A stretch of DNA of 63,116 bases. It comes from a virus. Its lineage: Duplodnaviria; Caudoviricetes. The notes below the pieces were generated by a model. The model was given only the letters and a program-made list of their open reading frames with translations, searched no databases and had not been told where the DNA came from. The position numbers and the translations under genes are program-made. Position 1 is the first letter of the stretch; every line of letters starts with the position of its first letter. Shown piece by piece: positions 1-8,277 of the stretch. The stretch is from positions 1-63,116 of IMG/VR virus record IMGVR_UViG_3300004369_000014. One strand, written 5' to 3'.

Positions 1-124
1 CTTCCCGCCGCATTTCCCGCCGTTCTTCCCGCCATTCTTCCCGCCGCATTTCCCGCCGTTCTTCCCGCCATTCTTCCCGCCGGGATTTGGTCCATACTTC
101 CCACCATTCTTCCCACCGTCGTTC
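1..124 (+). repeat. 12-bp-period coding tandem repeat (unit TTC CCR CCR NNN) containing an exact 36-bp duplication
   Basis: 2-37 is identical to 38-73 (ttcccgccgcatttcccgccgttcttcccgccattc); more degenerate units continue to ~124. Confidence 0.9.
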
Positions 125-142
125 GCCGTACCGAAGGGGTGA
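2..142 (+). CDS. 3' end of a gene (partial, runs off window start) encoding a Pro/Phe-rich tandem repeat
   Basis: Frame +2 reads FPPHFPPFFPPFFPPHFPPFFPPFFPPGFGPYFPPFFPPSFAVPKG-TGA(140-142); synonymous CCG/CCA variation keeps Pro; absent from ORF track because the start is outside the window. Confidence 0.8.
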   Translation, partial: FPPHFPPFFPPFFPPHFPPFFPPFFPPGFGPYFPPFFPPSFAVPKG

Positions 143-181
143 CCGCAGGAAACTGCTGGGCACAGAGGTCTGAGAAGCTTT

Positions 182-1048
182 ATGAGTGACAGGCAGCTTC
201 CCGTTTCTGTATACGACATCGGACTTTCATCTGCCGATGGGTCGGAAAATTCTATCCTCGCTAAGTACAAAGGCAAAGTCACTCTGATCTTTAACGTCGC
301 TGCCGGATGCGGAAATATACCGCAACACATCGCGCTTGAACGACTCAATCAGATCTACAAAGATGAGCCAGACTTCAACATTCTTGCCGTTACGGTCGAC
401 GATTTCTGCTGCCACGGCTATGAAGAGTTCCAAGATGGCTTAAACTCGTACATAGAGAAGAATAATGTAAATCTTCTACCAGGGCAGGTTGCACAGAGCT
501 ACGCGCAAGAGAATTTTGGTGCAACATACTCGTTTTCAGAACTGACAAACGGTAGATACGACAAGCATAGGTACGATCGCAATTTTGTCCCCGGATCAGT
601 AAAAGAGCAAGACATCCATCTTCTTTGGTACTACCTGACTGAAGCGCACAAGGCTGATCTCGCTGAAAACGGTCTTCCGTATCACGACGAGCGCATACCG
701 TGGTCTGACACCTACCGAGTTAGCCCGCCAGACGGGAAGACGGGGTTCACGCCACTGACTGGAAACTTTGAAAAGTTTCTAGTTAGCAGGTCTGGAAGAG
801 TCATACGAAGATACCCCAACGCGTTTCTGCTAGGTGAACGCGACGAAAATAATATTGTGTACCCATGGTTTAATGACACAGACTCCCCATCGGGTGTCCC
901 TGAGTACAAACCAAACCATGAAAAACGTGACGAAGGTCCTGAAAATAACGGGCCGTATCCAACGCCGTACCAAGAACGTGGAATTAGTATGTCGTTAGAA
1001 AGAATTTGTCGCGACATTGATCAATTTATTTCGCAGCAAGTGGAGTAA
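182..1048 (+). CDS. Glutathione peroxidase-like (thioredoxin-fold) protein
   Basis: YKGKVTLIFNVAAGCG matches GPx GKVxLxxNVASxCG; GNFEKFLVSRSGRVIRRY matches GPx WNFEKFLVxxxG. Confidence 0.8.
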   Translation: MSDRQLPVSVYDIGLSSADGSENSILAKYKGKVTLIFNVAAGCGNIPQHIALERLNQIYKDEPDFNILAVTVDDFCCHGYEEFQDGLNSYIEKNNVNLLPGQVAQSYAQENFGATYSFSELTNGRYDKHRYDRNFVPGSVKEQDIHLLWYYLTEAHKADLAENGLPYHDERIPWSDTYRVSPPDGKTGFTPLTGNFEKFLVSRSGRVIRRYPNAFLLGERDENNIVYPWFNDTDSPSGVPEYKPNHEKRDEGPENNGPYPTPYQERGISMSLERICRDIDQFISQQVE

Positions 1049-1091
1049 AATACGTATGTATCATTCGCAGGGACGACAGCAGGACTAAACG

Positions 1092-1745
1092 ATGAGAGAC
1101 ATAGAACAAGAACAAGAGCTAGAAGAGTCTTTGATAGGCTACAATCATTTTGGGCGATCAATAGATCAGATCATCTACGACAAAAATTTTGTAGACAAAG
1201 AAGACGCTCTTTACATCCAAAATTTTGTTCAAACCATTGATGAATGGGAAAACGGAATGCAGGACACGTTTAACGAAGACGGAGACTGCATCTACATGCA
1301 AAACTACTGGTGGAACAGAGTCTGCAGTGGCGAAATCATTAAGCGACTAGACGAAAAAGCTTTTGAAATTATTCAAAAGTACGTCGACAAGATGGCTGAT
1401 CTTATAGAAGAAAAACATGCTGTTGAAGTAGTCGGCAGACCGCCAGTACTTGTTAGGTGGCTTCCTGGGAATAAACAAGAGCCACACGCTGATAAGCAGC
1501 TCAACGATGGGCGACCAAACCCGTTCCCACTCTATGACATCAATTCTGTTATCTACTGGAACGAAGATTTCACTGGCGGTGAGTTCTACTACCCAGAGTA
1601 CGACATAGAGTACAAGATAACAGAAGGCATGGCAGTAGCGCATCCCGGAGACGTAAACTATCTTCACGGAGTTCGCGAGATCATTTCGGGAGTTCGTTGG
1701 ACGACTCCTTCGTTTTACACAGTCACTGGATTCAAGGAGAGATAG
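1092..1745 (+). CDS. 2OG-Fe(II) dioxygenase, prolyl-4-hydroxylase-like
   Basis: HAD ... IYWNEDFTGGEFYY ... HGVREIISGVRWT: HxD..H triad plus 2OG-binding Arg. Confidence 0.9.
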   Translation: MRDIEQEQELEESLIGYNHFGRSIDQIIYDKNFVDKEDALYIQNFVQTIDEWENGMQDTFNEDGDCIYMQNYWWNRVCSGEIIKRLDEKAFEIIQKYVDKMADLIEEKHAVEVVGRPPVLVRWLPGNKQEPHADKQLNDGRPNPFPLYDINSVIYWNEDFTGGEFYYPEYDIEYKITEGMAVAHPGDVNYLHGVREIISGVRWTTPSFYTVTGFKER

Positions 1746-1748
1746 AAG

Positions 1749-2456
1749 ATGGAAGTTGCAGGATACGTAGGTCACCCTAATGCGGGGATCGTGCTATACA
1801 AGAACGTATGGCCAAGCGACTCTCAGTTCGTTGAAAGAATTGAAGAGGCTGTCAAGGATAGCGCAAACGAGCGGTACAGGTGGCTGCCGGCAACAGTCGG
1901 CGACTACGAAGTCATGAAGAACTATCGCGATTGCTGGGATCTAAAGATTGGCCAGCGTGATCTTGACTCTCTTCCAGATCAGTTTGCTGATCTCGCAAAT
2001 GTGTATCAAGAAGTAATTGGTGGAGTTCGCGAGTGCGTTCGTCACTACTCTTCTCTATACAATTTGACTTTGGAATATGAAGAGGTCACTAACTTCGTCA
2101 AGTACGAAGAAGGCCAGTTCTTTGGAGTCCACCCCGACTCCGGGTTCGCTTACTTCTGCACTGTTTCTGCGATCGGCTATATCAACGACGACTATGAAGG
2201 CGGAGAGTATATGATGCCTTTCCAGGACGTAGTGTTTAAGCCAGAAAAAGGTGACGTCATTCTTCACCCGTCTAACTTCATCTATGCGCACTCTTCGCGT
2301 CCCGTCACTAGAGGTGTCAAGTACTCTGCGGTGACGATGTACGACTACAACGACAGAAACCACATTCAGCAGAACCAAGCTGGCTACGATCCGACGACGT
2401 ATCCGAAGCCGCAGCTCCCTTCTGCTCCGACTTCGCAAGTTTCTTCTTCAACATGA
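1749..2456 (+). CDS. 2OG-Fe(II) dioxygenase, prolyl-4-hydroxylase-like
   Basis: HPD ... YINDDYEGGE ... HSSRPVTRGVKYS. Confidence 0.9.
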   Translation: MEVAGYVGHPNAGIVLYKNVWPSDSQFVERIEEAVKDSANERYRWLPATVGDYEVMKNYRDCWDLKIGQRDLDSLPDQFADLANVYQEVIGGVRECVRHYSSLYNLTLEYEEVTNFVKYEEGQFFGVHPDSGFAYFCTVSAIGYINDDYEGGEYMMPFQDVVFKPEKGDVILHPSNFIYAHSSRPVTRGVKYSAVTMYDYNDRNHIQQNQAGYDPTTYPKPQLPSAPTSQVSSST

Positions 2457-3184
2457 AAGTAACTTTAGTAAGAAACAGTCAGAATCCGCCAGAGATCCGC
2501 CCGGCATCGTTTAAAAGAGACTGGATGGACGGAACGTATAATAAGCACGCGTATAGATGTCTGCCTCTTACAGAGGCGAACACTAGCGGCTGGGAGATGA
2601 TCCTGCCGCACGACGTAGTGTTTCAGTGGGACGGAGGCACGTCTGTACCTAAAGTTCTTTCAGGCGGAACAATCACGCACGAAGTAAACGGTCATTCGTA
2701 CGAGTACAACTTAGTTCAGCAGTCCATCGTTGGAATGGCGACGTTCACTCTTGGCTGGACGTTTAAGACACCACCAGGTGTTTGGACGTGGATAACGGGC
2801 TCGCCGAACTACGTCGTAGACGGCGCAGTGCCATTGTCTGCATCAATACCTAGTGACTGGTGGCCAGACGAGGTCAATATGTCGTGGATCATTACCAAGG
2901 TTGGTGAACCAGTGACTTTTGCTGCCGGAACTCCGTTTTTATTTTTCAATTTCTACCAAAGATCGCTTCTTGAGGATACAGAGTTTTCCATCGAGAACAT
3001 GTGGGATAATCAAGAACTAGTAGAGTCTAGGATGTCGTACGGAAACGCGAAGGTTGAAAAGCTCAAGAACGAGCCGTGGACTTGGATGAATGGCATACGA
3101 ACAGGTCTAAACGAAAAAGGCGAACAAATCGGTCCTCGGTACGAGGGACATCTACAGCTTAGGAGCCCGTATGAAGCCTCTTAA
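2453..3184 (+). CDS. DUF6065-like protein
   Basis: IRPASFKRDWMD..HAYRCLPLTEANTSGW and later TGSPN / DWWP / GTPF motifs recalled from DUF6065; ATGA overlap with the upstream gene. Confidence 0.6.
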   Translation: MKVTLVRNSQNPPEIRPASFKRDWMDGTYNKHAYRCLPLTEANTSGWEMILPHDVVFQWDGGTSVPKVLSGGTITHEVNGHSYEYNLVQQSIVGMATFTLGWTFKTPPGVWTWITGSPNYVVDGAVPLSASIPSDWWPDEVNMSWIITKVGEPVTFAAGTPFLFFNFYQRSLLEDTEFSIENMWDNQELVESRMSYGNAKVEKLKNEPWTWMNGIRTGLNEKGEQIGPRYEGHLQLRSPYEAS

Positions 3185-4724
3185 AGGCGGAATTGCTGCA
3201 GGCCTCATGCTAGGCTCACTTGGCTTTAAGATAAAAGGCGTTTCAGCTCGCGATGTAATTAACGACTCAGAGTACTTTGCAGAAATACTCGCAAGAAACA
3301 AAATGATCGGATTTATCGGAATGAATCCGACTGATGAAGAGCACGAAGAGCTTCTTAGGGTTCTTTACAGAGGAGAAAAGAAAGAAATCACTCCTGGACT
3401 TTTGTTTGATCAGTGTCACAGATGGAACACACAAACTGAGTCAAGCGAAGAAGTAGATTTTGTCATGCAGAACTGGCATGTCGACAATCCTTTCTTAACG
3501 GACCCGCCGTCTTTTACTTCAATGCACATGCACACGTTTAAGATTCCAAGAGATCGCGGTAGAACGTATTTTGTATCTCTGGCATCTATGTATGAACTCT
3601 GCCCAGATAAGTACAAGCCTCTTCTTGAGCAAGTGAAGTTTGTTCATGGCACAGGAAGTGTAGATTCGGTCGGACGTTCAGCAGATTTTGTTGCTCATCC
3701 TGCGCTGAGAACTCACCCGATCACGGGCGAGACAATGATCTACTGGACAGGTGGAGACACTTATCTAGAGATCGACGAGCCATGGTTTATGAGTTTCAAA
3801 GACTGGGTAAATAGATTCCTGTCTGACGGGTCAAATTGGTACATCTGGGAATGGACAGAAGGCGATTTCATCGTGTGGGACAACAGAGCTGTTCTGCACT
3901 CTGTCGGTCCTGGGTGGTCGCACGATCAAAGAGTTTTTACGCGTGGAGAGATAGGAAAAGAGACTCCTTTCTACGACACCCAAACTACTTCTTTGTTGAA
4001 CCCAGCTTTCGGCGACATTGTTCGCCACAAAGATACGGCAAAGGATACGTCTTACGGTCCCAACCCAGATCACATTCCTCTCGTGTTTACGAAAGGCATT
4101 TACGGACTACCAGAGTGCGCGCAGTACTATCAGCAAACAACGATGTTTGTGTACTCATCAGACGAGTCGATACCAGAAGACGTCTTGAGACTGCAACAAA
4201 CAGTCGACAATGATGAATTCAACGTTGTTGCAGTAAAGCCTGAACCAGGTAATTTCTTAGAGCGCTACAGTAGAAGACTTTTGCCAGACTCTCAAATTGA
4301 AGGTCAGAAGTTTCTTTTTACCCCAAACGGAAATCTAGAAAAGGCGTATCGTCACGACGACGATCTTTTTACTGATGAGTTCGACGAGCAAGGAAGATGG
4401 CCGCCAATACGTTTGATCAACGCGCTTGGTGAATTTCACCCAGACCTTCGACATGCTGGTCACGCTTGGCACTACCCAGACTGGTTTCCGCATCAGCCGC
4501 TACGAAATCGCCCGTGGGACTGGCACAATTTGTCTTTTACTGACTACGAAGGCTTCCCTGGGTCTGAGCCACCATTTGACTATCTAGTTCAGTTTGCAGT
4601 AGACACAGTTTACGGTTGCTTTAATCACTATAGAACAGATGACGAGCGCAGAAAGATGATAGAAGCTATCATAGACTATCTGCAATTTATGCTCGATCTG
4701 GGAGAACACGAAGCCGGTAGATAG
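3171..4724 (+). CDS. TauD/TfdA-family dioxygenase with long C-terminal extension
   Basis: WHVD, GRTYFVS, HPALRTHPITGE, WTEGDFIVWDNRAVLH are TauD motifs; ~250 extra C-terminal residues. Confidence 0.85.
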   Translation: MKPLKGGIAAGLMLGSLGFKIKGVSARDVINDSEYFAEILARNKMIGFIGMNPTDEEHEELLRVLYRGEKKEITPGLLFDQCHRWNTQTESSEEVDFVMQNWHVDNPFLTDPPSFTSMHMHTFKIPRDRGRTYFVSLASMYELCPDKYKPLLEQVKFVHGTGSVDSVGRSADFVAHPALRTHPITGETMIYWTGGDTYLEIDEPWFMSFKDWVNRFLSDGSNWYIWEWTEGDFIVWDNRAVLHSVGPGWSHDQRVFTRGEIGKETPFYDTQTTSLLNPAFGDIVRHKDTAKDTSYGPNPDHIPLVFTKGIYGLPECAQYYQQTTMFVYSSDESIPEDVLRLQQTVDNDEFNVVAVKPEPGNFLERYSRRLLPDSQIEGQKFLFTPNGNLEKAYRHDDDLFTDEFDEQGRWPPIRLINALGEFHPDLRHAGHAWHYPDWFPHQPLRNRPWDWHNLSFTDYEGFPGSEPPFDYLVQFAVDTVYGCFNHYRTDDERRKMIEAIIDYLQFMLDLGEHEAGR

Positions 4725-5582
4725 ATGACAAGCAATCACCTTTTAGATTTAGAAATACCAAAAGGAAAGCATCTTGGCGGAGGTGTTGTTCTTTTCGAGA
4801 ATGTCTTTTCACTCGACTGGGACTGGATGCGCGATTTCTGTAAATCAACGCTCGAAGACGAGAGGTCCCGACAGTATACGAATGGCGTAGACCCGATCTC
4901 TGGCGAAGACGGGTACATCAACAGAAGTGGCTACTTCTTCAATAAAAGATCAGTCGAAGAAATGCCATGGCGTGGAAGCATGGTGCATCAAAACTCAGAA
5001 AAGTCCGTGGTGGAAACGCTAAGCTACATCGAGTCAGTTAGAGACAAGTGTCTACTGAAGTATCTCGAGCATTTTCCTTTAGCTGGCAAATGCATTTGGT
5101 GGAAGATCAAAAGTCATATTGTGGCGTACCCGACGGGGTCGTACCTTGGTATGCATTCTGATGTTTCTACAGACTACGAGTACGGAAAACCTCACCCGGT
5201 AGACCAGCTTGCGACACGAAACACCGTGTCTGTCGTTGCGTATTTAAATGACTGCGTAGACGCTGAAGAAGAGCTAGACGGGACAAACTTTACTGGCGGT
5301 CTACATCATTTTTGCTACTTAGACATCACACATAAGCCCAGGAAAGGCGACATGCTTTTCTTTCCGTCGAACTATGTCGCGGCACATGAAGTGCAGCCAG
5401 TGACTAGCGGTTGGCGCTACTCTTACCTTGGATGGTACTGTCAAGGCACGCCGAACTCGGCCGTTCGCGAAGAAGTCTGCGACCCAGGTGTCGATAGAGA
5501 GCTCGCTGCCATATCCACTAACGTTTACATGGAGACTGGCTATTCTCTTCTTCCACCAACTGGTTCGCTTGAAGACAAGTAG
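4725..5582 (+). CDS. 2OG-Fe(II) dioxygenase
   Basis: HSD ... YLND ... FTGG ... FPSNYVAAHEVQPVTSGWRYS. Confidence 0.9.
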   Translation: MTSNHLLDLEIPKGKHLGGGVVLFENVFSLDWDWMRDFCKSTLEDERSRQYTNGVDPISGEDGYINRSGYFFNKRSVEEMPWRGSMVHQNSEKSVVETLSYIESVRDKCLLKYLEHFPLAGKCIWWKIKSHIVAYPTGSYLGMHSDVSTDYEYGKPHPVDQLATRNTVSVVAYLNDCVDAEEELDGTNFTGGLHHFCYLDITHKPRKGDMLFFPSNYVAAHEVQPVTSGWRYSYLGWYCQGTPNSAVREEVCDPGVDRELAAISTNVYMETGYSLLPPTGSLEDK

Positions 5583-5591
5583 AGGAGAGAT

Positions 5592-6785
5592 ATGAAGATA
5601 GGAATTCTTCATCCCGGAAAGATGGGCAAGTCTCTTGCTCTAGCCTGCAAAAGAAACGGCCACGAAGTCTACTACGCTTCAGAAAAAAGATCTGACGTCA
5701 CGTGCAGAAACGCAAAAGAAGCGGGCGCAATTGATCTTGTTTCTGTAAAAAGAATGTGCAGAGAAGTAGACGTCATCTTCTCAATATGTATGGGAGCCGG
5801 AGTGTTCCCAAACGCATCAGAAGCTGTCAACAATAAGTTTAGCGGTGTATTTGTAGACTTCAACCATATAGGCAACGAGGGACTTGAGAGTGATCTTAGA
5901 TCACTTCTCAGTCAAGGAAACGTTAAGTACGTTGAGGGCTCAATATACGGATGGCCGTATCCGCATGAAAATGACCCGCATGGCGAGAGAACAGTGTACT
6001 TAAACGGCGAGCACGCTAGCGACATAGGACATCTGCTGCATGGAGACGTATTTGATGTTCAAATTGGCGAAACTTCGTCAAAGAACAGAAAGCGTCAGAG
6101 AGAGGAAGAAAACAAATCTTCCAATATTCCATTAGCTAATTACGGAGTCGGTGTTGTTGAGTTTCCAAACGCTTTGGCAGACATCGATGACTCGTTTGTT
6201 GACGAGTGGATGGCAAGAAGACGAGCGTGCGAGCCCAACGATTACTACAAAGATGACGAAGGGTACTACATCAGCCGCGGCGGGTACAGGTTCACCGAGT
6301 CACAGATTCTTTCTGCGCCAGAAAGATTCATGAATCTTACTCCAGACGGCTCACCGCAAGAAGACGTCGACTTCTACAACTTACTAGAAGAAACGATGTT
6401 TAAGTGTATTCACGCGTATTCAATGGAATACCCAGAAGCTAAAGACACGCTGTGGTGGCGAGCAGACGGGCACCTGGCAGCGTACAAGCAAGGCTACTAT
6501 ATGGGATTTCATCACGACACAGCGGTGGGTGGAGCAAGCGGGAATGAGAACCCAGTGTTTCTTACCGTATCGGCGTCTTTGATCGTCTCAGACAGGTGTC
6601 AAGGCGGCGCTCTCCGCTTCAAACATCTTGATAAGGAATTCTTGCCAATAAAAGGAAGCGTGATCATGTACCCCGCCGGCTACATGGGTACGCATGCAGT
6701 CGACAGGGTAGAGTCTGGCGAGCGCATCTCGTATCTCGAGTTCTTCGGGCACGGGACTCGATCTGATCAAACAAGAAGAATATGA
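5592..6785 (+). CDS. Fusion: NAD(P)-binding Rossmann domain (6PGDH/beta-hydroxyacid dehydrogenase-like) plus 2OG-Fe(II) dioxygenase
   Basis: MKIGILHPGKMGKSLA at N-terminus; HHD ... GGALRF ... HAVDRVESGERIS at C-terminus. Confidence 0.8.
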   Translation: MKIGILHPGKMGKSLALACKRNGHEVYYASEKRSDVTCRNAKEAGAIDLVSVKRMCREVDVIFSICMGAGVFPNASEAVNNKFSGVFVDFNHIGNEGLESDLRSLLSQGNVKYVEGSIYGWPYPHENDPHGERTVYLNGEHASDIGHLLHGDVFDVQIGETSSKNRKRQREEENKSSNIPLANYGVGVVEFPNALADIDDSFVDEWMARRRACEPNDYYKDDEGYYISRGGYRFTESQILSAPERFMNLTPDGSPQEDVDFYNLLEETMFKCIHAYSMEYPEAKDTLWWRADGHLAAYKQGYYMGFHHDTAVGGASGNENPVFLTVSASLIVSDRCQGGALRFKHLDKEFLPIKGSVIMYPAGYMGTHAVDRVESGERISYLEFFGHGTRSDQTRRI

Positions 6786-7483
6786 TAGACCCTCTTCTTG
6801 TTGGCAATGAAGACAGAATTTTAGAATTACAAAATTTTGTAGATGAAAACGAGTGCAAAGATCTAATCAAGCTACTCGAGAAATGCTCTACGTGGACTCC
6901 AGATCAAAACCAAAGCTACTCGCATAAGAACTACGTTCTCGGGTTTTCTGACGAGACATCAAACACAGTAGCGCACAGGGTTAGACAAATATTTCTGAGT
7001 GCTAGTAGCTTGATCAATAAATTCTACGGAGATGACTTTCTCATCGGTAATCCAGGACTTAGACAGTGGCACCCTGGAGAAAGCCTTGGGACTCACGTAG
7101 ACGCGGCAAACGCAAATGGCAAGTACTTCTTTAACACAAGCGGGTTTCGCGGCTCCCAAGATTATGTCCCATGGCCTGCTGTAGATCTTTCTGTTCTACT
7201 GTACTTGAATTCAGATTTTTCAGGCGGGGACTTACATTTTCCGTATCTAAACAAAACAGTTAGACCATCAGAAGGACTTCTTGTTGCTTTTCCTTCTACA
7301 AGGTATTTTGTTCACGAGGTAACAGAGGTCGAGCACGGACTTAGGTACACGGCTTTTTCGTTTCTGTCACGCGTAAACCTTATTGCCTGTATGCTGCGCC
7401 CAGAACTGTCGCCAAATTGGCAAAGATTCTTTTTAAACTCAGAAATGCTAGACGAGTTAGTTATAGAGCTAGATAACAACTAG
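6782..7483 (+). CDS. 2OG-Fe(II) dioxygenase, prolyl-4-hydroxylase-like
   Basis: HVD ... LYLNSDFSGGDLHF ... HEVTEVEHGLRYT. Confidence 0.9.
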   Translation: MIDPLLVGNEDRILELQNFVDENECKDLIKLLEKCSTWTPDQNQSYSHKNYVLGFSDETSNTVAHRVRQIFLSASSLINKFYGDDFLIGNPGLRQWHPGESLGTHVDAANANGKYFFNTSGFRGSQDYVPWPAVDLSVLLYLNSDFSGGDLHFPYLNKTVRPSEGLLVAFPSTRYFVHEVTEVEHGLRYTAFSFLSRVNLIACMLRPELSPNWQRFFLNSEMLDELVIELDNN

Positions 7484-8277
7484 TGGTCGTACGCTCGTTG
7501 GAAGACTCGTCTGGCTTCAAATTGTTTCTCGTCGACAAGTCTACTAAAGTCGTCGTAAACGCGGTCCATCCATATCTTGCCTTTTTGGTAGCCAAATTCG
7601 TTTACATCTCTCGGAACTATGTTTCTCTCTGGGTCTGGAGAACCATGACCATACCAAGAAACGTAAGAAAGTCTAGTCCCAGAAGTCACGGTCTTCACGC
7701 AATGAGTCCCGACGTAGTTCGATGGAAACATAAGAGTTTCACCAGCGCGCAGCTCTACCTCTAAGTCGTAGTACTCAAAGTACATATTTCCGCCGGAAAA
7801 ATCGTCGTTTATCACAGATGTAGAAGACACGACGTGCTGAACTGCCGCTTGGTCTTTTGGCGTAGTTCCTGGCCTGTAATTAACGTCGTTATCGCTGTGT
7901 GAACCTAACGAGCACCCCGCTTGATACACGGAGACGTGACCTATAGTTCTCCACCAGATTGATCTAAGAGCGTCTTGGTAGACTCCAAGGTACAAAAGCA
8001 ACGTCTGATAGTTGGCTTCTTCAAGTTTTTCTACAAAGTTCTTGTCAAGATTGTCATATATGCGCGTGGGAATAGAAAAGATGTGCTCAACTGGAACTAC
8101 ATGATGACTTTTGTTAATTCCGTGAAGTAAGTTACCTTCACTGTCGTAAACAAACTCGTAGTTGTCTTGAAATGATCTTTCAGTCTCGTCGTGAAGTTTT
8201 TGTATTTCTTCGTCTAAAACTTCAAAACAAGACGAGAACTTTACTATTCCAGGGGCTAGTACAGTAGTCTCAATCAT
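7480..8277 (-). CDS. 2OG-Fe(II) dioxygenase
   Basis: HSD ... INDDFSGG ... FPSNYVGTHCVKTVTSGTRLS; start placed at the ATG at 8277 overlapping the upstream stop (ORF track extends to 8304). Confidence 0.88.
   Translation of the reverse strand: MIETTVLAPGIVKFSSCFEVLDEEIQKLHDETERSFQDNYEFVYDSEGNLLHGINKSHHVVPVEHIFSIPTRIYDNLDKNFVEKLEEANYQTLLLYLGVYQDALRSIWWRTIGHVSVYQAGCSLGSHSDNDVNYRPGTTPKDQAAVQHVVSSTSVINDDFSGGNMYFEYYDLEVELRAGETLMFPSNYVGTHCVKTVTSGTRLSYVSWYGHGSPDPERNIVPRDVNEFGYQKGKIWMDRVYDDFSRLVDEKQFEARRVFQRAYDH

Noticed and set aside
1-124. CRISPR array or non-coding satellite
   Set aside because: 12-bp period with no unique spacers; variation is synonymous or confined to one codon, so it is a coding repeat
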